NCBI RefSeq assembly: GCF_036321535.1
Contig: NC_087472.1
Span: 101,620,001 to 101,684,000 of the forward strand
DNA from: Camelus dromedarius
Taxonomy: Eukaryota
DNA: 64,000 nucleotides
Direction: 5' to 3'
In this document: piece by piece, positions 38,935-52,197 of the stretch
Layout: each line of letters begins with the position of its first letter
Numbering within the stretch: position 1 is the stretch's first letter
The notes under the pieces: model-generated
Told to the model about the DNA's origin: nothing
Database searches by the model: none
The model's input: only the letters and a program-made list of their open reading frames with translations
Made by a program: the position numbers and the translations under genes

Positions 38935-39760
38935 ATCTTGGGTCAGGTTCCCTGGAGGTAGACTTTGGTAGAGACAGTGGTGTGTGGGAAGCTTAGTAGG
39001 AAATGCTCTTTGGGTCAACACCTCTACAGGGGAAATAAGCAAGACTGGGCAGAGAGAGAAGGTGGGCGGAGAGGCAGTTACAGCACAGGACTGGTCAATC
39101 CCATGGTGGTGCTCTGGAGCTGGGATGGCTCTACAGGATTGTCCTGAATTCAGGCAACACGATCAGTCGTCGGATGTGCGCTGACTTGGGAAGGGGTGTG
39201 ACCTTGGGTGAGGTGGCACTCTTTAAGGACAGTTCCCAAAGAGGGACTTGGCTGTGAGGTGCCTGCCACCAGTGCCCAGCTCTGATGAATAAGTGTTTGG
39301 GGAATGAGTTCTGAAGTCCTGATGAGGAAGGGGATGTGGGTGGTGCATCGAAGTAGCCACTGCAGCCCCCTGGCTGCAGTGACTCCAAGGCCTGGGGAAG
39401 GTGACCTAAAATGGAACCCCTGTGACTTGTCTCATTCTGTTGGTAAAGAGAAGGCCTGGAAGCTTTTGCCTTTGTGTTCTTGGGGACTCTAAGCCACTAG
39501 GTAAGAAGTCCAGTTACTCTGTTGGGGAGGCCACTTAGAAAGGCCCTGAGACCACACAGAAAGAGACAGACGCACAGCCAACCCGGCATCCCAGTGGAGC
39601 CTAGCCCCCAGGTGACACACCAACTGACTGGCCACCGGCAAGACTGGCAGAAGAACTGCCCAGTGAGCTCACCCCAGACTGTAGAATCTTGAACCAACAG
39701 ATTGGCTGTTGTTTCTTAAGCCAGTAAGTTTGGGGTGGTCTCTTATGCAGTAACAGACAA
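38935..39760. mobile_element. ERVL-type LTR remnant followed by an MLT1 LTR remnant
   Basis: MLT1 3' motif ttaagccagtaagtttggggtgg...gcagtaac at 39716-39757. The upstream part resembles ERVL LTRs. Confidence 0.55.
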
Positions 39761-40899
39761 GACAACCTCAACCAGCAATTAACTCAAGAGTCAAATGGCT
39801 ATGCTTGTCTCGCCCACCCCCACCAAGTCAAGTGCCTTTCAAGGTTGGACCTAAGAGTCCTTCCTCATTTGATGGCCGCTTTTCACGAGGAAACAAAACA
39901 TGTTTATTACTTCACAGTAGTTACTGCCTACCCAGTTATGAGTAGACCAAAAATTTTAAAAGAAAAAAACAAAGCCTCATTGGGCTGGTGGAGCTGGAGG
40001 CCAGGGATCCAGCTCTCTCATTAGCTGTGGAGCTCAAGCCTGCATATCAATTTTATAATCTGGGGGTTTGAGTTCATGCCTCAGAAAATTTACAAATGAC
40101 TCCCTGCCATGGACCTTCAAGGTCACTCACTAAGAGAGAAAACTCAAAATATTAAATCCTGAGTGTCGGGGTCTGCATTGACTGGACACCAGAGACGGCT
40201 GGACATGGAGTCCACCAGATCAGAGACGAGAGTAGTGAGATGATCCAGATCTGTCACTTGTTAGCCGTAAAACCTTGGGGTAAGTTACTTCTCTGTGCCT
40301 CAGCATCCTTATCTATCAAGTGGGGTTAAGAATAGTTCCTTCCTTGCAGGGTTATTGTAAGAATTAGACGAGTGAATATGTATACAGGGCATAGAGCAGT
40401 GCCTGACTCTTCCAAGCCTAACTCTAAGTGGTTCTACACTAAGAACCGAGGAAGGAAATCTCATATGGATTTTAAGTAATATGAATAGGTGTCTTTGTTG
40501 ATTATACAAGGTGAAAGGCTGTCCAGGGACTGTGTATCAGCTTCCTGAAACTATATCCTGTACAACTGTTTTCATTCAAGGGCAGAGTGAACAGAGCAAG
40601 GCAGAGGAGCTCTGAGCCAAGAGAAAGAGATCCAGCTTCTAATGCCAGTCCTGCCATAAACTGGCTGTGTCACATTGGGCAAGTGGTCTGTAACATGGGG
40701 GATAAAGACAATGACTTTGCCTATAGAGGCTAGACCAGATGGTCCCTCTAGGGGCCTTTTATGTCTCAATACTTTGCCAAATTCTGAGAGACAAGGAAGG
40801 GCAGGTGGAATTACCACCATTTTCAAGACAGAGATGTGTCTGGCCACGTGACTTGCCCAGAGCCAAATCCAAATCACAAAGTGGAGCTAAATAAGGGCA

Positions 40900-41241
40900 T
40901 CTTCCATGCCAGAGAGCTTATTGCCATGGTACAGACTACATCTCCCAGCCTCCCTTGCAGTTTGATGTGGCCATGTGACTGAGTTCTGGCCAGTGGAATG
41001 CGGGTGGTGATGAGGTGTGCTATTTCCAGTCCTCTGTGCTCTCTTTCCTCTTCTGCAGGCTAGATGCAAAGGAACTAGGGGGGATTCGAGGACTCAGGGG
41101 ATGGTAGAGCCACAAGAGGGCATGAAACTAGGTTCCTTGTCATCACAAGCCAAAAGTTGATTAGACTTTATGTCATAAGAAAAAACTCCTGAGTTGTGGG
41201 GCTTATATGTTAACAGTATTTAGCCTTCCCTGACTAATACA
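40900..41241 (+). mobile_element. MaLR MLT1-type LTR
   Basis: actacatctcccagcctcccttgcag...tgtggccatgtgactgagttctggccagtggaatg, ending ctgactaataca. Confidence 0.75.
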
Positions 41242-43760
41242 CTCAGTGTGAGTTTCTAGTTAATTGCTGACTCGGGCTCTTAGCTGTAAGAGGAAGATAT
41301 CATTGACATCTTATTTGCTACAGGCAGAGCCAAGTCAATGAGGTCTTTATGAAATCTGAATCTCAACTCATGTTCATCCCATCTACTCTTCTAAGGAGGC
41401 CAAAGACTTAGCTACTGTTGCACTGGGCCTTTTGGCTACATTGAATTATCAGTAATCAGTACAGAACACAAAGATGAGGAACATTTTAAAGATAAACTAG
41501 AAACTATTTTCAAGCCCCTATGAGAAGACTAGAGGAATGATTAGAGGATTTCTCAGAGGTGCCTTGTTCCCTGGTCTCTTAATATTCTCCCAGTGATTAT
41601 ATTTATGACATCCAGAAAATAAAGGTAAAACTTTAAAATCAAAATTCACTTTGAAAGGAAGGAATCACCAGGTAGGTTCCATCTTGAACAGAGAACTGGT
41701 GATGGGGATTCACACCTTCCCTCCTAAATTCCCATGCTCTTTAGTTTATTTCTTTCACTGTTAAAAAATTAGGCATTTGCATTTTTTTAAGAGTTACCAA
41801 TGCATTTTTGCAAAAAGAAAAAAATCCCATCATTCAACCAGGTCAAGAACAGACGGGGCCTTTTTCTTCATGCTGGCTTTTGCCATCTTTGCCACCAAAG
41901 AAAAGGCGAATGTGGGGCAAATGAAGGCTTTTGAAAATAAATCATGGGTGAGCCCTAGCAGGCGCAAGGGATCCAGGACCCCCAAGTGAAGACCTAGACT
42001 TCCTGCCATCCACTAGATCGCTGAAGTCCTCAGTCCCCTCCTGTCTCCATTCCATGTGGTACTTTCCCCATCAGCTGGGGGTGGCCCCCTTCAGACAGAC
42101 TAGGTACCTCTCAACTACCAAGAAGAGATTTCTCACTCAACTGTCCAGTGGTTTCCATCTGGAAAGGAAAGAGCAGCACTCTGGCTACTATCTGCACCCA
42201 GGAAGCTGGCATGATTTCAGCACCACCTGGACCCTTTGATCCCTCTGTAATCTGGGCCAAAATCCTTTGGGTGGAGTGGCCTGCTGGCCCCTGAAGCCTA
42301 GAGTAAGAAGCCCCATGTATGTGGCTAGGTAGAATTCAGAGGGGCTATGAAGCTGCAGGGCGGGGAAGGGGTCTCTGTCTGGACTCCCATCCCCCAATCT
42401 TGCAGCCCAGTTGCTCTGGACCTCACACAGGAATGAACGGGCTGCTGCTCTCCCAACACGGACCAGCCCCCCAGCACCCCCACTCTGCCCTGAGACTGGA
42501 GGCTGAAGTGCTCTGAAGGATGTATAGACCTGGCTTCCAGCTGTCTGGGGGCCCAAGTGTGGCTCACCCTCATGCAGCCGGAAAGGGAGACCCCATCCTT
42601 GTAATCGTGGGGTCAAGCTAAGCTGCATCTCCAGCCGCAGGGCTATTTTTAGATGCTGTTATCTTTGCCTTACTCACAAGCAGCTGTGAAAAACAAACTG
42701 GTGACCAGGAGGCACGACACTGTAAAATAAAAATCTCATAAAACGGGAGCTCCCAAACTCCAGAGCAGAGCACACTGGCTAAAACCCTGTGCAGCATCAT
42801 GGCGGGGCCTGCTTACCCTTCCCCTGAGGGGGCACCAGGAGGGGGGGCTTTGTTCTTTTCCTGCCCACACATTCCTGGCCTGGCAGGCCCCAAACAAGTC
42901 CAGCTTCGGCCCACAGGCTGGCAGGGCCAGTCAGCCAGCAGCCCCACTCACTCCCACAGATGGTGACCCAGGTGGACAGGTGTGCCAGGGGGGCAGGCTC
43001 CGTGGGGTTAACACTGCCACAAAAGGAAGAGCTCCAGCGCTCTCGCTTCTCTCTTCCAGCTCATCCTAAGGGTCCATTTGCCTTATATCATCACGGCCAG
43101 CTCCATGACAGTGGAATCCCTGCACAGGCAAAATGTCATCTAACACCAAGTGGCAGGGCAGGAAAACAAGATGAGGCACCAAGAGGTATCCCGGACTTCT
43201 CCCCACCCTCAGAGCTTCCAGAAGGTCCAGCTTCAGGGTGCCCTCCCACCCACAGTGCCGTCAAGTCCCTGTGTCCCCTATAGGTAGCCCACCGTCAGAC
43301 ACTGCAGCCCCTGCAGCCCCCTCCACCCAGCTGGTAAAGGCCTGGGCAGCCGCGTGGAAAAGTGCCGCCCCGCCCCAAAACCCGGGGTTGGGGGTGGGGA
43401 GGAGGCGGCAAACTTCAAAGCTGCAGCTGCAATATGCTTTAAACAACAACAACAAAAAAAACCAAACAACAACAACAACAAAAAACAAAACCCTGAAAGC
43501 CAGAGCGGCTCCCTCGTTCCTCGGAGCTATGTGCGGTCCCCCTTGACCACTGGCTCACTCTCACTCTGCTCTGCCAGGGGGATCCGGCTCTCAGACCTCG
43601 GCTGGGGGTATTTCCTCTCAGGCGAGCGCGCGGCTGGGCTGCGGCTCTTGCTTCCTCCGTTCCCCAAGTTCACCCACCACCCAGAGGTGTGAAAAATTAG
43701 TTAAAAATGATGTCACCTGCCCATGCCACCCCCCCCCAACAGGTCCCATCTCACACACAC

Positions 43761-43986
43761 CCGCGTGGCCTGAGCTGCGAGTCGCGGAGCATCCCTGGGG
43801 GTTGCGGTGGGACGCCGCGCCGAGGCTAGCCTCCCGGGGCGTCCGCTCAGGCTCGGGTTCGGCCTTGGGAAGCACGCCCGCGCATCGTTCCCCCGGTGCA
43901 GAAATCCTACCGCCCGTGCGCCCTGGGCGCGCCGCCGGGCCCCGCGCCGGCTCCCCGGGAATGCGGCCGTCAGGTGAGGTAGGCAT
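43761..43986 (-). CDS. NHS: Second candidate alternative first coding exon of NHS, MPTSPDGRIPGEPARG...SSGHA (75 aa) + 1 nt
   Basis: ATG at 43986 in weak Kozak context, 226 nt open to CGG|gtgtgt. Phase 1, compatible with exon 2. Confidence 0.35.
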
Positions 43987-44738
43987 GCGTGCCGGCTCCG
44001 CAGCGAAGCAGCAGCTGGCTGGGGCGCTGGGCTCGGGATCTGACTCTTCTCCCTCTCCCCGCAAAGAAGAGGCCTCTCGGGAGCTTTCCAGAGCCTTGTT
44101 GCGTTAGGACTGCATTCCCCCTTCCTTTTCCCTTTTATCTTAGTTTCTGATTCAGATGCGAAAAGGGAGATCGCAGGAGTCCATGCCCAGCTCCAGCCTA
44201 ACTCGGTCCACAGGCAGAGAGAGAATTATGAATGGATGCTGCCTTCTGATGAGGAAGTCGACTGGGGAGGTCTCTGCGCACGGCGCGCTCCATCAAAGCC
44301 GGGGCATTGGCCCCTCCACTGCTTCAATGCTGCAGGCAGAGACACCTAATTGACCAGTGGGAAGTCAGGTGCCGGGAGACCTGGGCGGGACGTAGCCCCA
44401 GGGCCACGCTGGGATCGAGCGCCCTGCCGGTGTAGACAGCTTCGATTTACAGCCCAGTGAATGGAGGGGACTGCGGCAGCCAAACCTCCCGGGCAGCAGG
44501 CACGGTTGCACCAACGCTCTGCAGACAGCCGCCCAGCTCTGTGAACATCTCCCGGCTCCACTGGGCTAAAGGGAACCTGCTAGAAATAATCCGTCCCCTG
44601 CTGCCAGCCGCAGTGAGCTGCAGGACTCAGACCCCAGCCCCAAACTCGGTGGCGCGCCGGGAGCCGGCCACAAAGCGGGCCCTGTGCGTCTAGACAAGCC
44701 TGGGGCTGCGGAGGATCCCTGATCCGGATTCCTGGTAC

Positions 44739-44790
44739 CTGTGCGTTTCCTTCTCCGGTAGCGCGACCGCTGGTGCTGCGCGTTACCCAT
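44739..44790 (-). CDS. NHS: Candidate alternative first coding exon of NHS, MGNAQHQRSRYRRRKRT + 1 nt
   Basis: Strong Kozak ggcATGG in a CpG island, 17 codons + G, then CAG|gtacca. Phase 1, in frame with exon 2. Confidence 0.55.
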
Positions 44791-46609
44791 GCCCGGAGTG
44801 GCGGCGGGCTCGGCACATCACCAACAGGCTGGACCCACCGTGGCTGCTCAGCACCGCACCCCGGTGGCTCCCTTCTCACCGCCCTGGTCCCGGTCTCTAG
44901 CCAGCAGCAGAGGAATCAGAGACGCAGACCGCGCCAACTCCTCCAGCCGGGGCAAGAGGGAGGACAGAGACTGGCGTGGAGCGTGTGTCCGCGCGTAACA
45001 GGATTAGAGCGGCCGGAATATTGTAACATTGCGTCCCCTCCCCCTATTCATCTCTGGACGCTGAAACCTCGCATCCTGGACACAACTCATCCTGCCCAGG
45101 CTTAAAAACACTGCAAAGACGATGTCTTCACAGCGATGTACTAATCTCTGGGGAAGGGTGATTTACTAAACCGGCTCTGAGGTTGAACCAGGGTTAAAAA
45201 CCATGGCAGTGTGTGCCCATGCCTTAGGCTGGCAGATTCTATATATAACAGCCACATGCAGAAGATAGAAAGCCATTTAGGGCCACTTAAAACACAACAT
45301 TTATGGGATGAATCCTAATATATAACAAGGGAAAACCAGGGAATGAAAAGTATCCCAGATATGCCTTGTGGGAGATAGTTTTTGGTAATTTGTCCTGATG
45401 CCTTGTAAACCTGTTTAGGGAAAACTTGACTATTTTCTGGCCAGGCCACCCATTTTTCAAATAGGGAGGTTTATGCCCTGCGCAGATTTGTATGCAAAAG
45501 CAGCACTGTGCCCACGAGGCCCCTGACTCCTCCATAATTCACAAATTGTGGTCAAACACTCAACTTGCCAAGGTCATGAGAAATCACAGGGTTTGCACGA
45601 GCACTGATAGAGAGTATGTCCTACTTGGCATTCCAATGAATTGTGATTGTGGTCACATAAAGTATCACATCGAACCCACGTGAGTCTGGGTTGGCTGCTC
45701 TCCTCTGACCCTACTCACATCAGGCTCTTCGGAGGGCTGCCAGCCTCCAGCAAAGACTGGGGGATCGGGCTGGGGTCCCCCCGAAAAGAGAGCATGGCTA
45801 GATCAGGAAGGATGAGGTGGGAGGAGGTGGCATGGTGGCTCCCCCAGAGAGGGTGAGAAGAGAGTCATGAACCCCAAGGTTCAAGGGGCAAGAAAGCAGA
45901 AGAAAAGAGGCCACCAGAGAGACAGAGGAGTCAAAGAAGCAGGGGAGTAGGGGGAGGGAGGCCCCTCTCAGAAATCCGAGGGACGGAAGGGTTTCACAAA
46001 GGCAGCATGATCAAGAATGCCAAACGTCACCGAGAGGTCAGTAGGAGCAGCTCCCACCATTCCCTAGGCTTCACAGCAGGTGTGGAGTAGGTGGGAAGGC
46101 CCATTGGAGCCACTTAAATGAAAAGGGAAGTCTTTCCCTTAGACTTGCTCATCAAAGGACCAGCGCCACCAGCAGCACCTGGGAGCTTGCGAAAGGCGCA
46201 GTCAGGCCTGGAGAGCTGTGTGTTAACCAGCTCCCCAACATGCTCCACTAGGGCACGGGAAGCCCCGTGTGTGGACTCAAACTGCTCAGGCCCTGAAATG
46301 AGAATTTATGGTTGGACGAGCAAAATGGCCACCCTCTACAGCGATCCCTGGCAGGATCCTGGGGCGCTGGTGGCCAAGTCACTAATCCCACGTTCCAAGG
46401 AGCTGAACTGTGTTGCTCTGGGTTTTCAGGGCGGCTCTATCAAGGGAGTGCCTTGGCATTGAGGCCTGCAGGACTCCACAGAGTGATGAAAATGGCCATC
46501 CATGTCTGCCCTTTCGCATTGATCTGTGCACTAATGAGGTTGTTTTTTAACAGTGATGATGAAAATAATGATATAACTAGATCGCTTACATTTGGATAAG
46601 GTTTCAGCA

Positions 46610-46860
46610 AGTCCTGTGGTGTAGAGGAAAAAACAAACAAACCTGGACTTTGGTCCCAGAAAGATCTGTGTTTGAATCTTAGCTCCTCCATCTCTTAGAG
46701 GTATAGCTTTTGGAAAATCATTTGATTTCACCGAACCTTAGTTTCCTCAGTTGTAAAATGCAAACAGGATTGCTTCATTTATAAAGAGTTGTTAGAAAGA
46801 GTAAATAAAACAATAGCTACAAAGCACCATAATGGTGCCTGGTACATAATAAAAACCCAA
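46610..46860 (+). mobile_element. MIR SINE
   Basis: agtttcctcagttgtaaaatg core and gtgcctggtacata tail. Confidence 0.75.
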
Positions 46861-47210
46861 TGAAGGTAGTTCCTTCCTGTGTTTGTTTGAGGTCTTCCTG
46901 CACATGCTTCTATTATCGTTTCTCTGGGGTCCCCATCCCTGTATGGTGGTTAGGGTACCTGATACTTCCTATGGCTCAAAGGTTCAAACAGAAGACTTAC
47001 TGGACATCTCTGAGATGCCAGGTACTGTACTGGGTCCTGGCGGGGACAGAGCAGACTCTGGGCCCTGTTGGAGCTGGCATTCTAAGGGCAGAGTTTCCAC
47101 CCCGGTCCAAGTGGGTGTCCCACTTGTTTTTACTGGAAGCCAAGGGTACCAGGTCTCAGGAGGAAAACAACTGCAAATGTGTCCTCCCTTAGGACAGTGA
47201 TGGTCTAGAG

Positions 47211-47418
47211 CAGAGATCAGCAAACTCATCCTACAAAGGGCCAGACGGTAAATATTTTAGACTTCAAAAGCCATGCAGTGTCTGCTGCCACGACTCCACT
47301 CCACTGTTACAGCTCAGAGGACATAAATGAATGGAGGTGGCTGTTTCCCAATAAAACTTTATTTGCAAAAACAGACACTGGGTGGGATTTGGCCCAAGGC
47401 CCAGTTTGCCAGCCTCTG
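47211..47418. mobile_element. MER58A-like hAT MITE
   Basis: Terminal inverted repeats cagagatcagcaaact / agtttgccagcctctg and internal aagggccagacggtaaatatttt. Confidence 0.8.
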
Positions 47419-47599
47419 ATCCTACAGTGTGACTCAGACAGGACTACTCTCTTTAACTGGTATTGCCGGGAATGTGATGTCTACAGAGGTGACTTTCCAT
47501 ACAGTTCAACTTTATCCAACCAAGAGCAGCTGACTGAAGCCTTTCGTTGCTTTAAAGCATATTTTATACTTTCCCTGGAAGAAGCTGGCTAGTTGTTTA

Positions 47600-47925
47600 T
47601 GAAACAGTCTCTGTCTTTCTCCTCCAGCCAGCCTCCCCCACAGTCAGCTGCAGCCGTGTAACTGAGTGCTGGCCAGTGGAGTGTGGGAAAGGGATGTGTG
47701 CCTCCAGGCCTGGCCCATGACAGCTCCTACCCTTTCCTACACATACCCCTTCTCTCCGCTGCTGGATGCTCAACGGAGGCTCTGGGGGTGGAGAAACGCC
47801 AAGATGGAAGAAGCCTGGGTACCCAAATGACTGAATGCTGACCTGCATTAGACTGCAATGTAAGTGTGCAATAAGCCACTGAAATGTTGAGGGTTGATTA
47901 CCAGAACTAGCCTACCTTAAATAAC
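47600..47925 (+). mobile_element. MaLR MLT1-type LTR
   Basis: cccagcctccc-like, gagtgctggccagtgga and ataagccactga motifs. Confidence 0.6.
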
Positions 47926-50249
47926 TCACTTTCCTATCTCTTTAATCAGATGATTCAAAACACAATTTAGTGCTTTGCTGATTACTTAGGGTCTTTATTA
48001 AGAATGCTTATTATTGGTCTCTATGGTAACGCATTTCAAAGACTCCTTTTTGGATTGCCAAGCTCTTTCCTTGATGTTTAGTTCCCCACTGTCATTCCTC
48101 TCTCACCCTTCTTGTAGTTCCTTGCCTGTACTTTGAATCCATGGTGGGCTGAGGAAAATAGACACCATGGCTGGGTGACATCTGTCCATTAAAAAAGACT
48201 TACTAATGCTCTAAGCAAGAACCTAAGCAATCAAGTGCACGGGCCTGCTGCCAACTATCTGCAGCCTTGGGAAGCTCCTTTCACTTACCTTCAGGCCTAG
48301 CGCTGTGTTCCCGAGAACAGAAGTTACCGGAAGCTGCGCATCTCTGAAGAGTGGGCCATTTTGCTATCACCTGGCCTACACATTTTCAAAGCTTTAATTC
48401 CTCTACTAGTCATCCTGGGGGAATCGATCACACAGGTTCTAATTCTGTCCCTTGACATCCATGGGCTATTTCACTTCCGCTGTTCTGTCACTTCCTGATT
48501 TTCTACACATAGATGGTACCCATTCATTGCCCCAAATCTGTTTTAAACTCACCTTTTCTGCTTAATTATTTCCTTAACACCTATCTTACAGGAGCTGGAA
48601 GAACTGACTGGAAAAGGCTAAAATCCTTTTGTTCTTGTTCCAGAGGTGGTATACCATAGTTATATCTTGGGGCAATTTACTAAGAAAACCCAGCTTTAGA
48701 CCTGGTCTTTGGATGACTCTGACAAGGGGGGACGTGGTTGTTTCCCAGCATAAGGTGGGAGCAGGAGACAAACCAGTGCAGCTCAAGGGGCGAGCTGCTG
48801 GGAGGTCTACAGACCACACACACATTGACTGTCTGCTCTCACTTTGTTATTGAAAGAATCAAGATGACCATATTTAAATGATCCTCCTGGACTGTTTCAT
48901 TATCTGTCAAACAAGGAGAGTGGAGATGATCTACAGCTTTTCTCGAGGTCTCTCGTTCCGGAAGTCTATTGTTCTATGAAACCGGAACCAAAAACACCTT
49001 CTGAAATGATTCCTGATCACCAGTTCTTATTTCTTCTTTCCATTTCTGCTGATCATCCAGAACTGACCACTCCACACATAAACTTCAGCATCTGCAAGGG
49101 GCAGTATTATGTTCTGTGATCAGCCCAGCCTGAGTAAACTTTTTGCCTCAGGCTGACCTTGTTGGTGACCTTGAGGGATTCCAGTTCCAACTCAACTGTC
49201 CACCATACACACCCTCTCCTTATATTTGCCTAAGGTGGCTTCCCTACTTTACTCTCTTTGGCTCCAATGATAGAAACCCAGGTTTACCTCCAGAGTTTAC
49301 TCCCCTAGAGCAAGCTGGCGATCCCCTCCATAGCTCTGATCGTGGCCGCTGCCCCACCACTGCTCACAAGAGACCCCATGACTTCCAGAAGAAATCACTG
49401 CTATAAAATGGCTCACTCGTTCATAAGGAAGTATGTGTTTATTCATATATATTTTATATCATAACAAATGTAAATTAATTTCAGGGCACAACTACCCAAG
49501 CTAGTATCTATATGGCTGCCTGTATAAAATTTCTCTCTCAAAATTCTAAAAACCATCTGGCATAAACTACTGTATTGTGACCTGTTAAAATAAGTAACAG
49601 CTGTGATAATCCCTCTCGATTTATGGCAAGCTATAAAGCTTTGCATATACTGGCAATGCATATAAAATAATAAATAAAACTATTATCATTCTGTGCTGTC
49701 TTGGTGGGAATTAATGATGATTTAGCCCAAATGGAGCCCTATGGAGAAGCAGAGGTTTTGCCCAATCTGGCCTCCGCTAAGCCCTCAAAGACCAACCTCA
49801 CTACTTAATGCTCCAAGATATGTTTGAAAACCTTATCCAGTGTAAACACGGCCTTTCTGAGAGAACATCATTCCCATACACTGCTGCCCAATTTCTATTA
49901 TTTTAAAGCCTTCTTTTCTGATGGTGGGTTTCCAAAATTCCTCAGTATATCCAGACCATAAAGAAAATCAAGCTATGCACAATTCCAAAGTGTGAAATAA
50001 TTTGTAGCACCAAAACTAAGAATTGCCTTGGAATTGTTAGCTGTAAGCTGATGTTTGCAAATACTGCCAAGAGCCCAGGTTGAAAAATACTATATCAAAG
50101 TAATTTCTCTAAAATATGCAGTATGTGGAAAAAGAAAAGCTGGTATCTGGCAGAGGGGCAGCTTTGATTCTGGGTAGAAGAAAGTTACCATGCCCACTAT
50201 GCGTGAATTTCAAAAAAACAATTAAGGGGACAGGGGAGGAAGCTAGCAT

Positions 50250-50470
50250 AAAATTTACTAGGTACTGAGCGTTACATCATAATCTCATTCAATCCTCACA
50301 AAAGCCCTATGCCTTAGGTATTAATATTCCTGTTTTATGGTTGAGGAAATTGATGACTAGAGAGATTAAGTAACTTGCCCAAGGCCATGCAGCTAAATGT
50401 TGGGGAGATGGAGTTTGAACTCAGGTCCGTGTGATTCCAAGTTTCGTGCTCTTTCCACCTCACCACAATG
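50250..50470 (-). mobile_element. MIR SINE
   Basis: gaggaaattga...agagattaagtaacttgcccaaggcca...tttgaactcagg. Confidence 0.8.
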
Positions 50471-50688
50471 CCTTTCAGACAGCTGTTCACAACCTTTTAA
50501 TAATATGAACCAAACAATATACAGTATTTACATGGATCACTTATTGTTAGGGCCATGGGCAATTCCCACCCCTTCTCTCCCACTTACAAAGTCTATTTGA
50601 ACGCCAAGTGAGAGTTACCTTACCAGTGGGAGAACTCCAAATCCACTTTAATACATTTTAAAAACTGCAAATAAGGATGCTCGGTTAT

Positions 50689-51151
50689 TGTGGTAGACTT
50701 CAAAAAAGAGTGACAGTACTTTTCAGCTGTTCCCATCAACAGGTAGAATCTACTTCTCCACCCTGAATCTGAGAAGGCCTTGTGACTTAATTTGGCCAAA
50801 AGAATGTGGCGGAAGTGACACTGAACTTGTTCTAAGTCTGGGCCCCAGGATGTGTTGCAGCTTCTACCTTTGCTGATCTTGGTGCCTACCCACGCTTCCT
50901 GCCACTCTGCGAGGAAGGCTAGGCTAGAATGTTGGATGATGAGACATGTGGCCCACTTTCCCCCTCATTCTGGCAAGCAGCCTGCTAACCACCAGATGTG
51001 TAAATGAGGCCACCCTAGGTCATCCAGGCCCAGCTGGGTGACGACAGATACGTAAGCAAGCCCTGCAGAGCTCAACTAGAAGAACTGCCCATTACTTTTT
51101 ATGCCACTAAACATTGGGGTGATTTGTTACACAGCCAAGGCCAACTGATGT
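50689..51151 (+). mobile_element. MaLR MLT1-type solo LTR
   Basis: tgtggtagac start, ggccttgtgact...gaagtgaca, 3' end ggggtgatttgttacacagc...aactgat. Confidence 0.75.
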
Positions 51152-51913
51152 AGCTCTTTACATTTCTAGCCACTTGTCAAAACAGATATTAATGGTTGAG
51201 AATTGTTGGTTTAAGCGCAAATATCATAAACTAAAACCTTTCTAAAAACAAAACAAAATCTTTTTGATGGCTCCAAATTATTGCCATAGCTCAGTCTTCA
51301 CACCGTCTCAGTTATGCCCCGTGAAAGTGGCAATCAGAGAGATTTCCTACAAAAAGCCTTCCGTCCCAGAAGCCCACCTTCCTTCCTCCAATCCTGGGCT
51401 TGTCAGGCTGATGTTGGGTCATGTGGTTTGAGGAAAAGAATCACCAAAGTGAGTGGCCCAGTGCCACCCTCAAGAGACAATCAGTGGAGAGAAGGAAGAG
51501 AAGGAGATGACGTGTTTAACCCCAGGATCCCCCTCATGGACAGGCAGGGGTAACACCGTGGAACAAGAGGAGCTCCAGTGTGTTAGGACGCGGCACCAGT
51601 TTTGTAACAGTCAACGACAACGGTCATGGCTGCCTTCTTAAAGAGAGACATGGTAGCCAGAGACACAGGAGGGAAGACGGGGAGGGATGTCTACCCCCGC
51701 CTTACCACGCACTGGGCACACTTATAGACGGAGACCCTCAAAAGGAAGAAAAGGATACTTACAAACCAGATTAAGACCAAACTGAACTATCAGAGAAAGG
51801 GAGAAATAATGGTTACAACCAATTACCTCAAACAGTAGTTCTCAACCTTGCCTGTACTTTGTAATTTCAACATTGTGAAATCAACTCCTGCACTCTGAAT
51901 CATGACGTTAATT

Positions 51914-51958
<45 letters not shown>
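51914..51958 (+). repeat. (TCTA)n tetranucleotide microsatellite, about 11 copies
   Basis: Read directly. Confidence 0.95.
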
Positions 51959-52179
51959 TTATTTTAATTTATTTAATGGGAAAATGTTCAGCATTTGGAG
52001 TTCCTAGCAGCTTCATCAAAAGCTATTTCTTTTGAAGAAAATGCTGGTGAGTAACATGAGGGGGCTGTTCAGCTGGCTTAGCATGTGCATGCTTGGGCTG
52101 GTTTTTCTTTTTTCTTTTCCTTTCTAACTTTCTTAGTAGATTTGGGAACCTTTGAACTTTGAATAATTTCTCTCTCTCT

Positions 52180-52197
52180 CAGTGCCCTCTAGTGATA
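52180..52197 (-). promoter_or_regulatory. CTCF motif, reverse
   Basis: Minus strand TATCACTAGAGGGCACTG fits CCACTAGAGGGCRC except at the first base. Confidence 0.45.

Larger units (their letters stand above)
43330..45060. promoter_or_regulatory. Intronic CpG island, probable alternative NHS promoter
   Basis: Non-repetitive GC-rich tract dense in CpG (e.g. gggcgcgccgccgggccccgcgccgg), with GC boxes near 43365. Flanks are CpG-poor. Confidence 0.8.

Noticed and set aside
42216..42236. REST/RE1 site (TTCAGCACCA...)
   Set aside because: Only the left half matches; the GGACAG half is missing at canonical spacing.
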